This document shows positions 1 through 13,600 of a stretch of DNA of 64,000 bases, one piece after another. Both the position numbers and the translations under genes were made by a program. The notes below the pieces were generated by a model, which searched no databases, had not been told where the DNA came from, and was given only the letters and a program-made list of their open reading frames with translations. The stretch comes from Bilabrum cf. latius. Its lineage: Eukaryota. The first letter of the stretch is position 1, and the number at the start of each line of letters is the position of its first letter. Location of the stretch: contig OZ237736.1 in assembly GCA_965178125.1 (NCBI GenBank), positions 1,178,001-1,242,000 on the forward strand, in the 5' to 3' direction.

Positions 1-2158
1 CCGCGCCTTTCTCCTCCACCTCAATGGCACGCTGCTCGTCTGCCTTGGTGGGCAAGGGAACCTCCAGTGCGCTGCCGTCCACGGGGTTGAACAAGAAGCA
101 CGCCCCGGCGCTGTCTGCGATCACGACTCGCGTGCCCGCGATGTTCGGGTACAGTCCACCGATGGATGCCGCCCCCGCTGCCGATGGTGACGCGCCACCA
201 GCGCCCGAGGACGGTCCGCCTCCTCCAGCCTCTGCAGCGTCAGCCAAGGGGTGCTTGAACCTGCAGCCGTCCAGTACCTTGCCGGTCGACAGGTGCACCA
301 CGTCCACTGCGCCCGAGGAATGCCCCACGAACAGCATCCCACCGGCGGCTCGCACGCATGTCGCAGTCCCAGGCTTGTCTGCAGGAGGAAACACGATCGA
401 CTTCGCGCCAGGGGGACCTTCGATCGGGTGTATGTTGACCCTGCCTCCACAGAGCACCGCCGCGTTTGTGTCGTCTAGCGTGATGGCCTGCACGCTAGCC
501 AGGTATTCCTTCTCCAGGATGGGAGACGGCGGCGAGCCTGGGGGTGTCACGAGCAGCCTGTGGAAGCACACCTTCGAGTTGATCGCCACTGCTGCGTGCC
601 GAGGACCCAACGCGACGGCGGTAGGTTCGATGGACAGCGGCACTGTGATTCCTGTGGTCGTGTTTGGAGGGGCCAGCACGTCCACCACCGCGAGCTCTTT
701 CAAGCTGCTGAGGTGAGCCACCTTGCTGCCGAACACGCCGCTCATGAGGGGCATCGAGGCCAGGTAGCTCGTAACACGACCCCCAGTCGTAGAGACCGTG
801 AGGATCTGGCCGTCGCTGGTCCACGCGATGCGCTCGACCCTGCCGGCCATCGAATCGATCGCGGTGTAGTCGCCTTTCACCTCCTCCCTCGTGGTCGTGT
901 CCAGGACGCGGATGCCTCGCGTGTCCGCGATGGCGCAGCGCTTGAGGCTCTAGGAGAAGGCCATGGACATGATCGTGTCCTTGGTTAGGTATGCCCCGAA
1001 TATTTCGTCGTTCACTTCGTTGGGATGCGTGGACACGACGGCGACGTAGCCCCCCGTGAAGGCGGCGATGAGGTAGCCATCTCCGAACCAGTCAAACCCC
1101 ACGACAGCGCCGTACCTGCGGTCATCATGAAGGGGGTGAGAAGGGCGATGGGAAGGCGGTGCAATACATCCTGAATCAAGGGATTCTGTGCGGCTCACAC
1201 GCCTGGACGGCCTGGTTGGCTGGCCAGCGCCGAGGCACTCTCACTTTTCATCAAACCCCAGCTCAAGGGGATCGTTCTGCTGCTGGATATCGTATAGTAG
1301 CACCGCATTTCCATTCATGTTTACCATGACGGTGGTATCTTGCCTCGCTGCAGCCGAGGGGCCGTCTACCTTCTGTCGCATGAAGGACAGCTGCGTGGGT
1401 ATATGCTGCAGCTCGGTCGTGTCTAGCGTCTTGCCTTTGTCGTCGCTGAATGTGAGCACCCTGTCTTCACTTCCAAGCACTAGCAAACCATTGGAAGACC
1501 AAGACCCCGAAATAATGGCGTTCTCGTGCTTTCCTACGACAGGCACCTTTCGCCTCGTCTCTTTGTTATACAAGAGCAGGTTGCCGCGAGCGTCACCAAC
1601 TGCGAGCTGGGGCCCCCTCTTCGCCCAGCATAGATAGGTGGGATCCTTTAGATTAGAGCTTCCGTCTAGAGTTATCAAGCGCCTGGACGACAAGTCCCAG
1701 AGATTCACTTGGGAAATGCCGTCCTGGATCACAGCAAGTGTCTGCGCAAGTCAAAGCGAGGGGCAGCAGTAGCTGCTGGTGCATCATTCATTGCAAAAGT
1801 ACATACCTTGCCGCGGAGGTAACTCACCTCTCCGTCGCAATCCCACTCCAATGCCTTGCACGGACCTCTTGTTGGCAGCGCCTATTCGAACACCTCAGAG
1901 CCATGCCGATCATACACATGCAAAACCCCTGCTAAATCGAGTGTGAAAATTCGAATGAAAACCGTTTTGCTCCGTGCGCATGACAACTAGCACGGTAAAG
2001 CTAACTGCAAAGCAGATCCAGCAGCTGCAAGCCGTTAGCTCCAGCAGTCGCTCACCGTTTTGCCCAGCCGAGGCAAGGAAGTTTCCCCTAGGCTGCCACG
2101 CAAAATAAGCAGGACCGGCTCCATTTTGTCGCTCAGAACACTCGAAGAGCTTCTTCAT
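1..2158 (-). CDS. WDR19: WD repeat protein 19 / IFT144 (IFT-A core), 5' part; continues beyond the window start
   Basis: ATG at 2158 gives MKKLF...FAWQPRGNFLASAG. Introns 2055-1929, 1827-1742 and 1244-1116 (GTGAG...CAG). The spliced product has YDRHG, LEWDCDGE, WAKRGPQLAVG..GNLLLY....RKVPVVGKH and KYGAVVGFDWFGDGYLIAAFTGGYVAVVSTH, all typical of WDR19. In-frame TAGs (e.g. 950-952) read as Gln. Confidence 0.93.
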
Positions 2159-2269
2159 TTGGAGAAACAGTGCGGTTTGTCCGATGCTGCTGCAAGCGTG
2201 AAACAGCGCGTAACCTCAATCGAAAAATCAGACATTTCCGTTTGGTCACCACAGCACCAGACTAGAGGC

Positions 2270-5200
2270 ATGTCAGCCGAGGACAAATGTTCATTCCCTC
2301 TTTCTGATAGCCATGCTACTATCCATGCTGTTGGAGGCGGCTCGAGCAGTTTACCTCAGTACAACCTCGATTCGAGCTCAGTTGCAGCGCCCGATGCCGC
2401 TGCCGGTAATCTCTTCATCGAGAGGTTTGATGGTGGTAGAGATGCGCAAGGGAGGTAAGATATGATCTATTGTTACCGTTGAATGCTCCGAATTGCCATT
2501 CATACTTTTTTGTACATCACTGCGACGAACCAACGCGCAGGATGCACGGGACAGGCACGATTTTCTTTGAAGGGCGTCACGAATACGAAGGGGACATGCA
2601 TCATGGTTTAATGCACGGCAAAGGGAAGTTTACCTGGGCTGATGGCACTGTCTACGAAGGAGGGATCATGACGTGCGGTCGCCTCACGGGAAGAGGCCGG
2701 GTGCGGTGGCCGGATGGCAGCACCTACGAGGGTGAGCTCAAGGACGGCTTCCGTCACGGAAAAGGGGTGTACAAGTGCGCTCGAAGTGGAGCGGTGTATG
2801 ACGGCGGCTGGAAAGCGGGGCTGCGGGACGGCATCGGAGAAATGGCGTTCGGGTCGAGCTCGGGGGAGCCCTCGGGTGCGTTCTACGTCGGCCAATGGAA
2901 GGAGGGCAAGCGCTGCGGCCACGGCAGCATGGAGTGGGCCTCAGGAACTCTGTACCAGGGCTTCTGGGAGGATGACAAGAAGCACGGCAGGGGCGTCATC
3001 CGGTGGCCGCAGCGCGGCGAGACTCTCGTGTGTGACTGGCGGGGCGACATGCCGCACGGCTGGGGAAGGCACGAGTGGCGGGACGAGGCGGAGCGGGCCA
3101 TTGAAGAGGCACAGACCATCGCGACTGGGGGTCACCGGGAAGGGCATGCGGGCGGGGACGCCGCGGATGTGGAGGGCGGGTTCTCCCCTTACCTCGAGTC
3201 CGCGGAGAAGGCCCGGGAGGCGAAGGAGAAGGAGGAGAAATCAGCGGCCGCGCAACGAGAGAGAACGATGAGGGCGCGGCGCCGACGGCAGGGGTCCGAA
3301 TTGCCGCAAGCCCGCGGCCGCACTGGGCAGGCGGGGGGGCAGGCGCAGACCTAGACCCAGGCATCGGGGAGGCAAGGGGGCAGCAGGCAGCGGGTCAGCA
3401 ACGGCCGGTCAAGGTCAAGAGGGGCGGGCGCACGCATTCCGGCCACTGGGCGCGCTGGGACGCCAAGCACCGGCCGCCAAGGGTCCCCCCAGCGGTCCTC
3501 GTCGCGAGGTGCTGCGAGCGCCGGACGGGCGAGCGCGCAGAGCGGTAGGCTGAGCGGGGCCAGATCGGTCTCTCCCTCGAAGAAGAGGAGGCTGGTGGAC
3601 GTGGATGCGTCCCGAAAGGTGTCCGTTCAGTGGTACGAAGGGGAGCTGCGGCGCGGCCTTCGGCACGGTGTGGGTACGTTTCACTACGCTGACGGCAGCA
3701 GTTACCAGGGCGAGTGGAGGCACGGCGAGAAGCACGGGCTGGGCTTAGCTCTAGACGCCGATGGCACGGCGAGGCCTGGAATCTATCGGAACGACAGATT
3801 GTCTGCAGTTCCTCTCCCCGAGGACGTAGAAGCGGCCAGGGCGGCCACAGCAGGCGCGATCGCGTCGATGCCCTCGTGGCTGGTGCACGCCATGCCGGGC
3901 GCGCTGGGGCAGTCCGGCGCCCTCCTCGGGGCTGCCAAGACCAGGATTGCCGGTGAGGAGAAACCCAAGTCGCAAGGCGGTGGCAAGGGCGGCAAGCAAA
4001 GGGAGGTGGCCAAGGTGGTGGGCGTGCGCCTCCTCGTAGAGGACATCGCAACCGCGGCGCACGTGGCGGCAGGAGAGGGCCAGGTGCCCGCTGCTGGGAC
4101 GGGCCTCGCGGCCGTGCGGTCCCGTCCCGCTGCTCGCGTGCAGCGCGAAGTCAAGGAGGTGCACTCGGTGGTGCAGCGGTGGGAGCACGTCTTGCGGCAG
4201 GCCTACGGCTAGTACTGCACGGTCCCGCCCTCAGCCACGCAGGCAACGATTGGAACCGCCGGGTCACGACGCGGGGCATACCGCTCGACTGACGGTGCGC
4301 TTGAGCAAGCGATTGCAGACCTACTGGCCCCGCCAACAAAGGAACAGCAGCAAGAAAGGAGCTAGCAGGGAGATGTAGACTCCACGCAGGCGGTGCAGTC
4401 GACTCTGGACAGGGTGTGCGGTCGCGCCCCCACCCAGTACGGCATGACGCTGCAGGGGCTGTGGCAGTTCGTGTCGGATGTGGGCGCGCTGCAGGGCCGC
4501 GTGACTCGATCGATGGTCGATTCGATCTTGCACGTCGTGCGCACGAGGCACGCGAGGGCTGCTCTGGCGGGGGTGGAGGCGTCTCTCTACAGGGCCGTGC
4601 GCGAGGGCAGCATCCTGCCGTCGGTCGCGTCCGTCCCCGACGGACTGCTTTTCCCCGAGGAGCCCAGGCAGCCGTCTCCGGCTTCGCAAAGCGCGGCAGA
4701 GGCCACTGCGCCCGTCGGTGCCGTGCGCATCGAGTCTCAGGCGCCAGGGAGCGGGCGCGGGGATGCGCACGGGGACCGGCAAGAGGGTGCCGCGCGCCCG
4801 CACATAGCTTCTGGTCTGCATGGTGGGGAGGACGGCGGGTACACAGAGAGAAGCACGCTGTCCGCGGGCGGGCCGTGGTCCACGGACCAGATCGGGGGCG
4901 ATGGCGATAGCGACGGCAACCGTGGCGCTGATCGCTCGCGCGGTGCCGGGTTTGGCGGGCTTGCCTCCACGACTGAGGGCATGGATTCGCCTGCCGCAGG
5001 GCGGAACGGTAGCAGCGAAGCAGGCAAAGGTGGAGGCGGGCCCATTCTTGAGTCCAAATCGGAAGGCGAGGACGACGACGGCGGCGATTTTTCTGAAGCG
5101 GGCAGTTCCGGCCAGCGAGCCACGGGGCTGACCGCGACGCAGGCTGGGCTCTCGGACACGCGGGCGGTCGCTTCCATCTACACCAAGAGCCTGGCGCACC

Positions 5201-7374
5201 AGGCTGCCGAGGATGCCGTGCAGGGGGAAGACGAGGACGAGAACGTAGCCAAGTCGAGGATCCGCCAGCTTAGGGCCTTCCTCCGGCAGGGCAGCAGCTC
5301 CGGGAGGCACGACCCTGCCGCGCCGGTCTCCTACCGAGAGTTCTGCGAGGTCGTGGTGAGGCTTGCCAAAAGCGCGTACGCGGACGGGCCACCGCCCAAG
5401 GTGCCGCTTAGGGAGCCGCAGCTGACCGACAAGCAGGTCAAGGCGCTTGAGGCGGCCGCCGCGCAGCTGGACCAAACGAGCGGTGGTGGTGCGGCGGGCG
5501 CGGTCCCAGACGGCTCCCGCAGCGTGATGGGCGGGGGCAGCCTGGCCGGAGGCACCACGAGCGCCGCTGGGGCCCTGTCCGTCCTACTGAGCGCGGGGGG
5601 AGGAAGCGCAGCCATGGCCAGCGCTATCCTCGACGGTGCGGGCCAGCCGACCCAGCGGCCCGGCAGCACACTCAAGCAGGCAAAGATCGAAGACATGCTG
5701 CCGGCAGTAGGCTCCCAGAACGCCACGGAACAGCCCCCGCAGCCGAGCCCCCTGACTGGGGTCGAGTCCCTTCCGTGGCTCCTCGAGATGTATCTCTGGA
5801 CGAGGGTGCGGCCGGCCGCTGGGCAGCCCTCTCGGCCGCTCATGCGCGGTACCGTCAGGGCAGCTTTGGCCACGCCGCTAGCGGCGCAGGTGGAGTTCGT
5901 GCCGCCCCCCCAAGGCGCGGAAGGATGGCAGGGGCCTCGGCAATCTGCCGGCGATGCTGCTGTTCAATGGCCGTCGGAGGCCTCAGCCTCTGGCACATCG
6001 GAGAGAGGGGGGCGAGGTGAGGCTGGCAAGCGGACCGGCTCGGCTGCCCCTCCCTCCCCCACGATGGGCGAGATGCCCCCGGAGGTGGTCAGTGCCGCCA
6101 AACAGCACGCCAGGATGCACTCCGCAGAGGCCATCGCCGAGAAGGAGCTGCAGGAGAGGTTCCGCAGGTCGATCGCCGCGCTGGCGCAGGCCTTCGTGGA
6201 TCATGGGCAGCTGGACGAGGGTGCCTCGGCCACGCCGGGGTCGCTGGACCCTGCCGCGCCGCTGGTGGTGGCTCCCTAGGACCGGCCAGTGGACGAGGAC
6301 GGAGACGGGCGGGTCAGGAGCACTCACGTGCGTCCCAGCGCTCCCGCGGTTCGGGAGTCGATGCGGCGTGTCATCACCGTGGGTGCGGCCCTCAGGTGGC
6401 TCGCCTCCAAGGGCATAATCTCCAGTGGCAGCCCGCCTGCGGCCGACCCTCTGGCGGGGCTGTCTGGGGAGGCCCAGAGGAGGGCGCACGTCGGCCTGTC
6501 CATTGCACTGCGGTGCGCCCTTGCCTGTCTGTAGGATGGCGCCGACGGGCGGGACAGGGACGAGGCAGCGCTGGTGGAGGCGGTGTCCAGGGCACAGGCA
6601 GCCGCTGACGTGGCTGAGCTCCAGGCCAAGCTGGAGGGCTCGAGGAGTGCCGAGCAGGAGCTTGAGCATGTGGATGAGCAGGTTGACGATGGCAAGGGCG
6701 ACGATGCACCGCAATCGGGAGGCAATTAGAGGCCGGGAGGCGATCGAGAGGCTGCAGACGAGCGAGGTGAGGCCGCGGAGGGCTCCACATCTGCCCGCGT
6801 ACCGAGCCCGACGACCGAGGTAGAGGAGCAGCTTGAGCAGGCGACTGAGCGGCTGGCTGCACTTCCCGATGGCAAGCCGCCCGCGCTGCTGGACCTGTCC
6901 TCGGGAGCAGCGACTCGCTCTGAGCTGGCCCGCCGGATGGTGTTCCCCGAGTTCGTGGAGCTGGTCGCGCGGCTGGCGCGTTGGACCTACCTGTCCAACG
7001 GGGCGCGCGCCGAGGCGCAGTCCGGCTGGGAGCGGGACCTGCAGGCGGCTCTCCAGCGGGAGCGGGAGAGGCTGCTGGCCGAGGCAGAGGCGGATTGGCG
7101 GCGCAAGAAGGACGAGGCGGAAGCGGCTGCGGATCCGAAGAAGAAGAAGAAGGGCAAGGGCAAGAAGGGGGCTGCCGAAGAAGAGGATGACGGTATCGGC
7201 CCAATGCCTACTACGGTGAGCGTGGACGCTGACGAGGTCGCAGCAAGAATGCCCCGGCGTCCAGCATCGCCGCTGCCACTGCCGTCGATTCCCGAAGCTG
7301 GGGGGCCGCATACGGTGAGCCTCGCGCCGCCGGTGTACGCCTTATGCGGACTAGCGAGCGTCTTAAGCAAGTGA
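2270..7374 (+). CDS. MORN-repeat protein, RSPH10-like (probably ciliary)
   Basis: ATG at 2270, intron 2455-2540. Many MORN repeats (YEGDMHHGLMHGKGKFTWADGTVYEG...). ORFs 2470, 3595, 4393, 6289 and 6937 share one frame and are joined only by TAG codons. C-terminal SYREFCEVVVRLA and VFPEFVELVARLA helices; ends at TGA 7374. Confidence 0.8.
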
Positions 7375-7655
7375 TGATACATTTAGATTCCAGTGTTGCG
7401 GCATTCATCTGCTCGATGAAAAGCGTCAGGCTAAAAAGCCGTCCAAACATTCGCTCTGTCCCGTTAGGGCCAGGCAGGGGTGAACTTAATGTTATTTTCG
7501 ATCAGCAAAAAGACTCAGTCGGTTTTCACCTCATTCTGTAGTCTTCGGGCCGTGCGATAGGATAAGGGCAGTGTGTATCGGTTTTTGTATTCATTAAAAA
7601 AAAGAAAATGCACTGACTATGACAATTCGGATTCATAAAATATTGACACGTCAAA

Positions 7656-10600
7656 TTACTGCAACCATGGGCAGCGCTTCAGTTTTGTCTAAATACTGGA
7701 TGCCATGGCTCCCAAGCACTCTGCAAGTAGCTTTTGACTGGATGTTTCCATATCAGTGGCAGTAGTTGTCGCGAACCTTGCTGCGTAGCTGGCCAATCGG
7801 CATCCCAACCGGAAAGTGCCAGGCGCTGCCCTCGCCGAGCGGCATGCCGCCGTCGCGTATCTGGCCTCTGCTGCGGCTGCCCGCGAACTAGTCGCAATTG
7901 CTGAGGCCAGCTGTTGTCCTCTTACTTCGGCAGATGGATCTGCCTCATCGTTTCCGGCACCAAGCTGCCTGGCCTCCTCCACCTTGTGCTCCCACAGCTC
8001 CTTGCCCACTATGCTGGACGGCTCCAGGTGTCCCGAGGCACTGCAGTTCAATGCATGCGATGCCGACTGCGCAGCTAGTGCCAGCATCCTTGGCACAGGG
8101 GCAGCACTGGCCCCGCTCGCATCGTCCTCGCCGGGAGCAGCATCCGAGTCTTTGGGTTCGGCTTTCGAGGCCTGCCGTAGCGCAAATGCAGCTTTCTGAC
8201 AAGCAGCCACCACCGCCCACGGAGTCTCTGCATCGTTCAAATCCTTCTGGGCGGCGTGCGTTTCTTCTGCTTGCCTGAGCGAGTCCTCTGCAGAGCGCAG
8301 GGCCGATTCGTTCCACGGGGATGAGGAGCCCTCCTCGCCCTCTGGGCGCATGAGAGCCGACACTGCCCGAGCAATCTGCCCCGCACACGCGGCAACGCTG
8401 CTCTCCCCAGCGCCAGACCCGCCGCTCTTATCGGACCTGCCAGGACCAGCCGGCACTCCCAGCGCAGATGCAGTTGCGGCAAGCTCTGTCTGCTGGAGGG
8501 CACCGCCCACAGTCGGCTCGGATGCGCCATCGGGGCCCGTACCGAAGCTGGCGCGACTCAGGACGAGCAGCGCAGTAGCTTTCTATAGGTGCGGCCCGAT
8601 CACACTAAGGGTTTTCTCGTCGCTGGTGCTGGTTGCTAGCAGGACCCCCGTGCGGAAGGCCTCGGATAGGTGGGGGTCCCTGCTGCTTGCCGACTGCAGC
8701 CGCTTCATCGCGGACTTGCTGTCGCCGCATTGCGCGGCACCGCTGGCTGATACGACTAGACCGACAGCCGCGGTTTCTGTCGATCGAGCGGGTGTGTCGC
8801 CCTTGAAAGATTTAAATAGAGACACGCTGTCCTTGGAAGCAGCAGCCAGCTCGGCGACCCAATCGGCACCTCCCGAACCCTCGCCAACTGGTTTGCACCT
8901 GGCCAGAACAGAGAGAGCCACTAGTCTGCTAATGCTGCACGTGAACGACTCGAAATCGTGATAAGAGCCGCTCGGTGATGCACCGGGCCACCTGGAAGCG
9001 GTCGTGCTCGTGCCTGACAGGCCACTGTCCACAGTGCCTGCACCACCAGCCAGAGCGCCAGAAGACGTCTAGGCGAGCAATCTAACGACTGCTAGGCCAT
9101 GTGTTGCTGCAGCGCCCGCCGAGCTTGGCTTTGACTCTTCGAATGCCTTGAAATCCGGGTACCTGGGGAGTCCAGGGCCATCAGGGGGAAGAGCAGCATC
9201 ACCAATTGGTTCAGCAAAAGCAACAGATGTGGCTGCGGCTGCTGCAAAGCAACGGGCTGCATTCAGCCACAGTGGCCTTAGAGCAGATATCAATGCAACG
9301 CTTGCATCGCCTGCCATCGATTCAAGCAGCGACTTGCAGTCGATCTCTTCGCCGGCAATGGCTCCTGCGCATGACGCCCACCGACCGACTGCAGCTGCTC
9401 GGTCCAAGATGGCTCCTGCTGCTGCAGGGCCACCCGAACCACTCAGTGCCCCGGCGGCACCGGAGGACACCTCTGGCCCTGGCGCATGGAGCATGACAGC
9501 TCCGAAAGCAAGGGTTCGAGCAGCTAGCAAGTAGGTAGTTGCTGCGTGGCATAATGCAGAGGGACTGGCGGTGGGCTGGCACTCGGTTGCGACTGCGAGG
9601 GCGAGGAGAACCTGAGGGTCAGCAGGCGCACGCTCCCATGCCTCCTCGGCCAAGGCAAGTGCATCCTGCACCCCGGACTGGGTCAAGGGAAGCGCGGCGG
9701 CGGCTTCGCCAGCTGAGCGGACCATGGCGCTCGACGACACTGCGCCCACCGTGACTGAAGCACCAGCTTCACTGGGCTCCCGGAGTGGACCTCCCACCCC
9801 CAGAGCAAGCATCGCTGTTGCTGCGCACGAGGCCGCCGGCATGCCTGAGTCAGCGGAGGCAAGCGATGCGGCTGCGGCGCGATTCGCCATCGATCTGGCT
9901 TCTTGCAGCTTCTCGACTGTGCTCGTCTCTGCCGGGTCTTCTTCGTGCGCTACAGAGGCACCACTGGCTGTTGGCGAGTCTGCAGCGGGGTGCAGCAAGC
10001 GGTTTAGCCTCTGGGCGGCAGCAGCTGCCTGTCCCGCCCACATGGCAATGTTGTTCGGGTCCACCGCCTGAGCTTCCTGAAGAACCTGTGCTGCCACATC
10101 TGGCCTCCCGTAGCGCAGCAGGAGGAGCCCCAATGGGCCGAGCGCACGGCCCGACCCCGAGGCTCGCACAGCAGCGGTCAGGATCTTCGCCGCTGCGGAT
10201 GGCTACCCATCTTCTGCCAGTGCAATGGAAAGGCCCGTCAACGCTCGTGCTGAGGCAGGGAAAACTCTGGCTGCTTCCGCGAAGCTATCAATGGCACGGC
10301 TAATTTGATCGCTGCCCAGCATGGACGAATTCAGTCTCAGCATGGTTGCGCTCGGATCTCCACCGCTGATAATTCCAGCTGCGTTGGACGATCCAGTGCC
10401 CTGCGCTATCGCATAGTACTCAAGCAGCGAGAGCTGGCCGGCCTAGCAGAGCAAGTCAGAAGCATCCAGATTCTGCCCGCGTTCCACCCCGACGGATGCA
10501 GCCTGCCGAAGCATCTCATAGGTCTGCAGCAGCGCGGCATCTGCTTGCTCCGATGTCCAGGAACGCTTCGAAGCCGCTGCAACGCGCGCACGCGGACCGA

Positions 10601-13600
10601 GGTTACTGGCCAGGGCCAGCAGCGTATCTGAGCCTGGCTCGCAGCCGAGCGACACGTTCGCGAGTCGCGCCCCCGTCCCGCTGAACGCTGCTGAAGACAT
10701 GCGGAAAGTGGATTCAAGGGCCTGTCCGACCTCCATGGCGACCCGTAGCACCAGCGAAGGCTCCATGCCAGCTACCTGAATAGCCAAAGCTTCGGGCTGC
10801 GCCGCCTGATGAGCCTCCACGTCGCGAAGCGCAGCATGCACGTGAAAGGCGCGGAATGCAGTCAGGGCCGCGGAGCCGGGAGGTAGCCATACAAGATGCT
10901 CGTGCGGACAGGCCTGGCTGCCACCCGGTGTGCCTACGCCGAACTCGAACGGATACCCGCTCGCTAGGCCTCGCTGAGAGCTCGATGCGCGACCAAGCGC
11001 GTACCGAGTGGTTGCAGACGCAGAGGTGGCTCTCCAAGCGGATACTCTCTCTGGGACATGAGCAACGGGCGCAGACACAGGTGCCGTGACGGAATCGCCG
11101 ACCGGGACCCTTTGAGCAGACGCAGGGTCATCAAGAAAGGCTTGGCTGATCGACTCGATCGTCGGAAGGCTCTCCAATGAGCCAACCAAGCCCGCTCCAC
11201 TCCCAGATGCTGCAGGTGCAGCAACGCAATCGAATTTGGCTGACATCCTACCAGCTGCTTCGAAGGCCCATCCGGCGGCAGACTCTGGTGTGTGACCGCT
11301 ACTTCCAGCCAGTGCCGCGGGCGAAAGCCACTCGGAAGCACAGGCCAACGCAAGCACCCGACTGCAGCTTGCAACAGAGTCTGCATCCACTTCAGATGCT
11401 CCAGCAGCCGCTAACCATGCGTGAGCCACACCCAGCATATCTGAAAGCCTGGCGGCCAGACCAAGGCGCTAGTCCTCCACTTCCTAGGCTGCCTCGCGTG
11501 AAAGAGACTACGCGAGGCCAAACACGCATGCCATTGCTTGCTAGGGAGCCTCGAAGCCAAAATCTGCACGGATCGAAGCACTGGAATTGCTTGGTCCGGC
11601 GCTGTTGCAGTAGAGGCTCAAGAATGCTGCTCCAAAAGCGGCTCTCGCGCCAGCATGCGCCGCCATGGCAGCGCGACACCGTCCAAGCAGCGTGAGAGTG
11701 TCCGCGTGTCCAGGCGTCAACGCATCTGCGGTATCGGCAGCCCTCAGTGCGCTCTGCAGGCGGCCACTCTCCCAGAAGGATACTCCAAGCTCTCTCCATC
11801 GCTTGGAATCGTAGGGCGCCAGGTCACACGCGCGCTGAAGATCTTTGCACGAGGCAGCGATCTTGTCTTCGTTTGCTAGCCAAGCAGGAGCCATGACTGG
11901 TCTATTGTGGCGGTGCGAGTTGCCTGGTAGGATCGCCAGGCTACTTCCATGCCGCAACAGCATGCCTCGCCGGAGCAATGCCCAGACTGCGGAGCCACCG
12001 CGCACTTGTTGGCTCGAAATTGCGCTTGTGCACGTCTGCACCGCAGCCTCGAATGCCATCGATCTCCGATCCAAGTGCTAGTCCAGCACATCGGGCTCGT
12101 CGCCCGGGTTGATTGGCGCCGAGGCAGCGCGGAGCAGCAGGTCTACAAAAAGCGGACCGGCGACGGCTTGGCAAGGGTCAAGCTCGAGAGCTCTGTGCAG
12201 GCACCTCTGGGCTTTGCCAGTGGCTGCCCTCCTCGCACCACCCTCGGATGATCCTGCTTGATTTAAATAGGCGGATCCCAGCAAGGCGAATGCGCCTGAG
12301 CAGTCACTCCTGGACCTAGCGCTGTTCAAGGCGGCGCCGATCGACCCTTGCACATCGTCGGCTCGCAGAGCCGATGCCACATTCAACAGTTCCACGACCG
12401 ACTGTATGCTCCTTGTGATCGCACCAACAGGCGATCTAGGCACCACCAGGTCGGCTCCAACCGTCAGGACATCATCGCCCAAGGGCGTGGGAGTGCTGCC
12501 AGTGATACTGCTCAAGCCGCACGCAGCACGCATTGAACTGCACAGTTTAGCGACCCATGCCAGATGCTTTGGAGCTGCAAGGAGTTTGACATCTTCCTCT
12601 GTAAGCAGAGCCGCAGCAGCTTCTGTGCATTCGACAGAGAACTGGGCCGACGCCTGAGGGGGTACGTACGCTGCCGAGAGAACCGCCAGAGCAGCACGCG
12701 GAGCAAATGCTGCTGCTGCCTCAGGCTCCGCTGCCGCCTCCTCCGGGCTATCTCCAGCCGTCGGTGTGGCTGTAAGCCAAGGCAAAGAAAGTGCGGGCTA
12801 GGCGCCATCTTGGGCTGCAAGCTGCGCCCATGACGCTGCCTGTCCCAGCACCAAAGCATGGCCAAGGCAGCGCAACGGCAGTGCCACGGGGGAGCGACTG
12901 CCTTGTGCGCACACTGCGATAGCGTCGGCATATTGCTTTGACATGGCGTGACACAGCGCCTATTGGAGTCGAATGGCAACGGTAGCGGTACCATTATCCG
13001 GATCAATTGCATGCAGAGCCTGGGATGCACCGTGAAGCAACTGGAGACACAGAGTCGCTTCTTTCAGTGGCTTCGGCCCGACACGCTGGCCACCGAGCAA
13101 GTAGCTTACATCGACCTGTCCCAGCGCCTCTTCCATGCACACAACGGCGGCTGCAGCCTGAATGACAAAGGCCAGGTCGTGTGGAATGTGCCCAAGCCCA
13201 TTGTGGAGAAGTCGGCTTGCCTTGTTCACGGCAGTCGAGTCTGCCCCCGCTGGGTCTCTGGACGCCGCATTGGCTTCAGCGAACGAGAGTGCAACTGGGC
13301 CACGCAAGGCCTCAAAGGACAATGGTGGTCGCATCATCTCGGCCCAGTTCAACGGAGGGCGCGAGCCCTACAGCAGAGCAGCGGCAGCGTCGATGCCTTG
13401 CCCCTCCGCGGCCACAGAGGAGAACGAGTCTCGAATACCCGAGGAGACCTCAAGCCCTGTCGCGGCGCAAGCTGCCCATGCTGACTCGCACGCCTACTTG
13501 CAGGCCAGGATCACCTAACTTCGCTGGAGAGGGATGTCACTTTCCCCCTCGGCTGCTTGCAAGCCCAAACTGCCCATAGTGCGCCGGGAGAGCAGGATGG

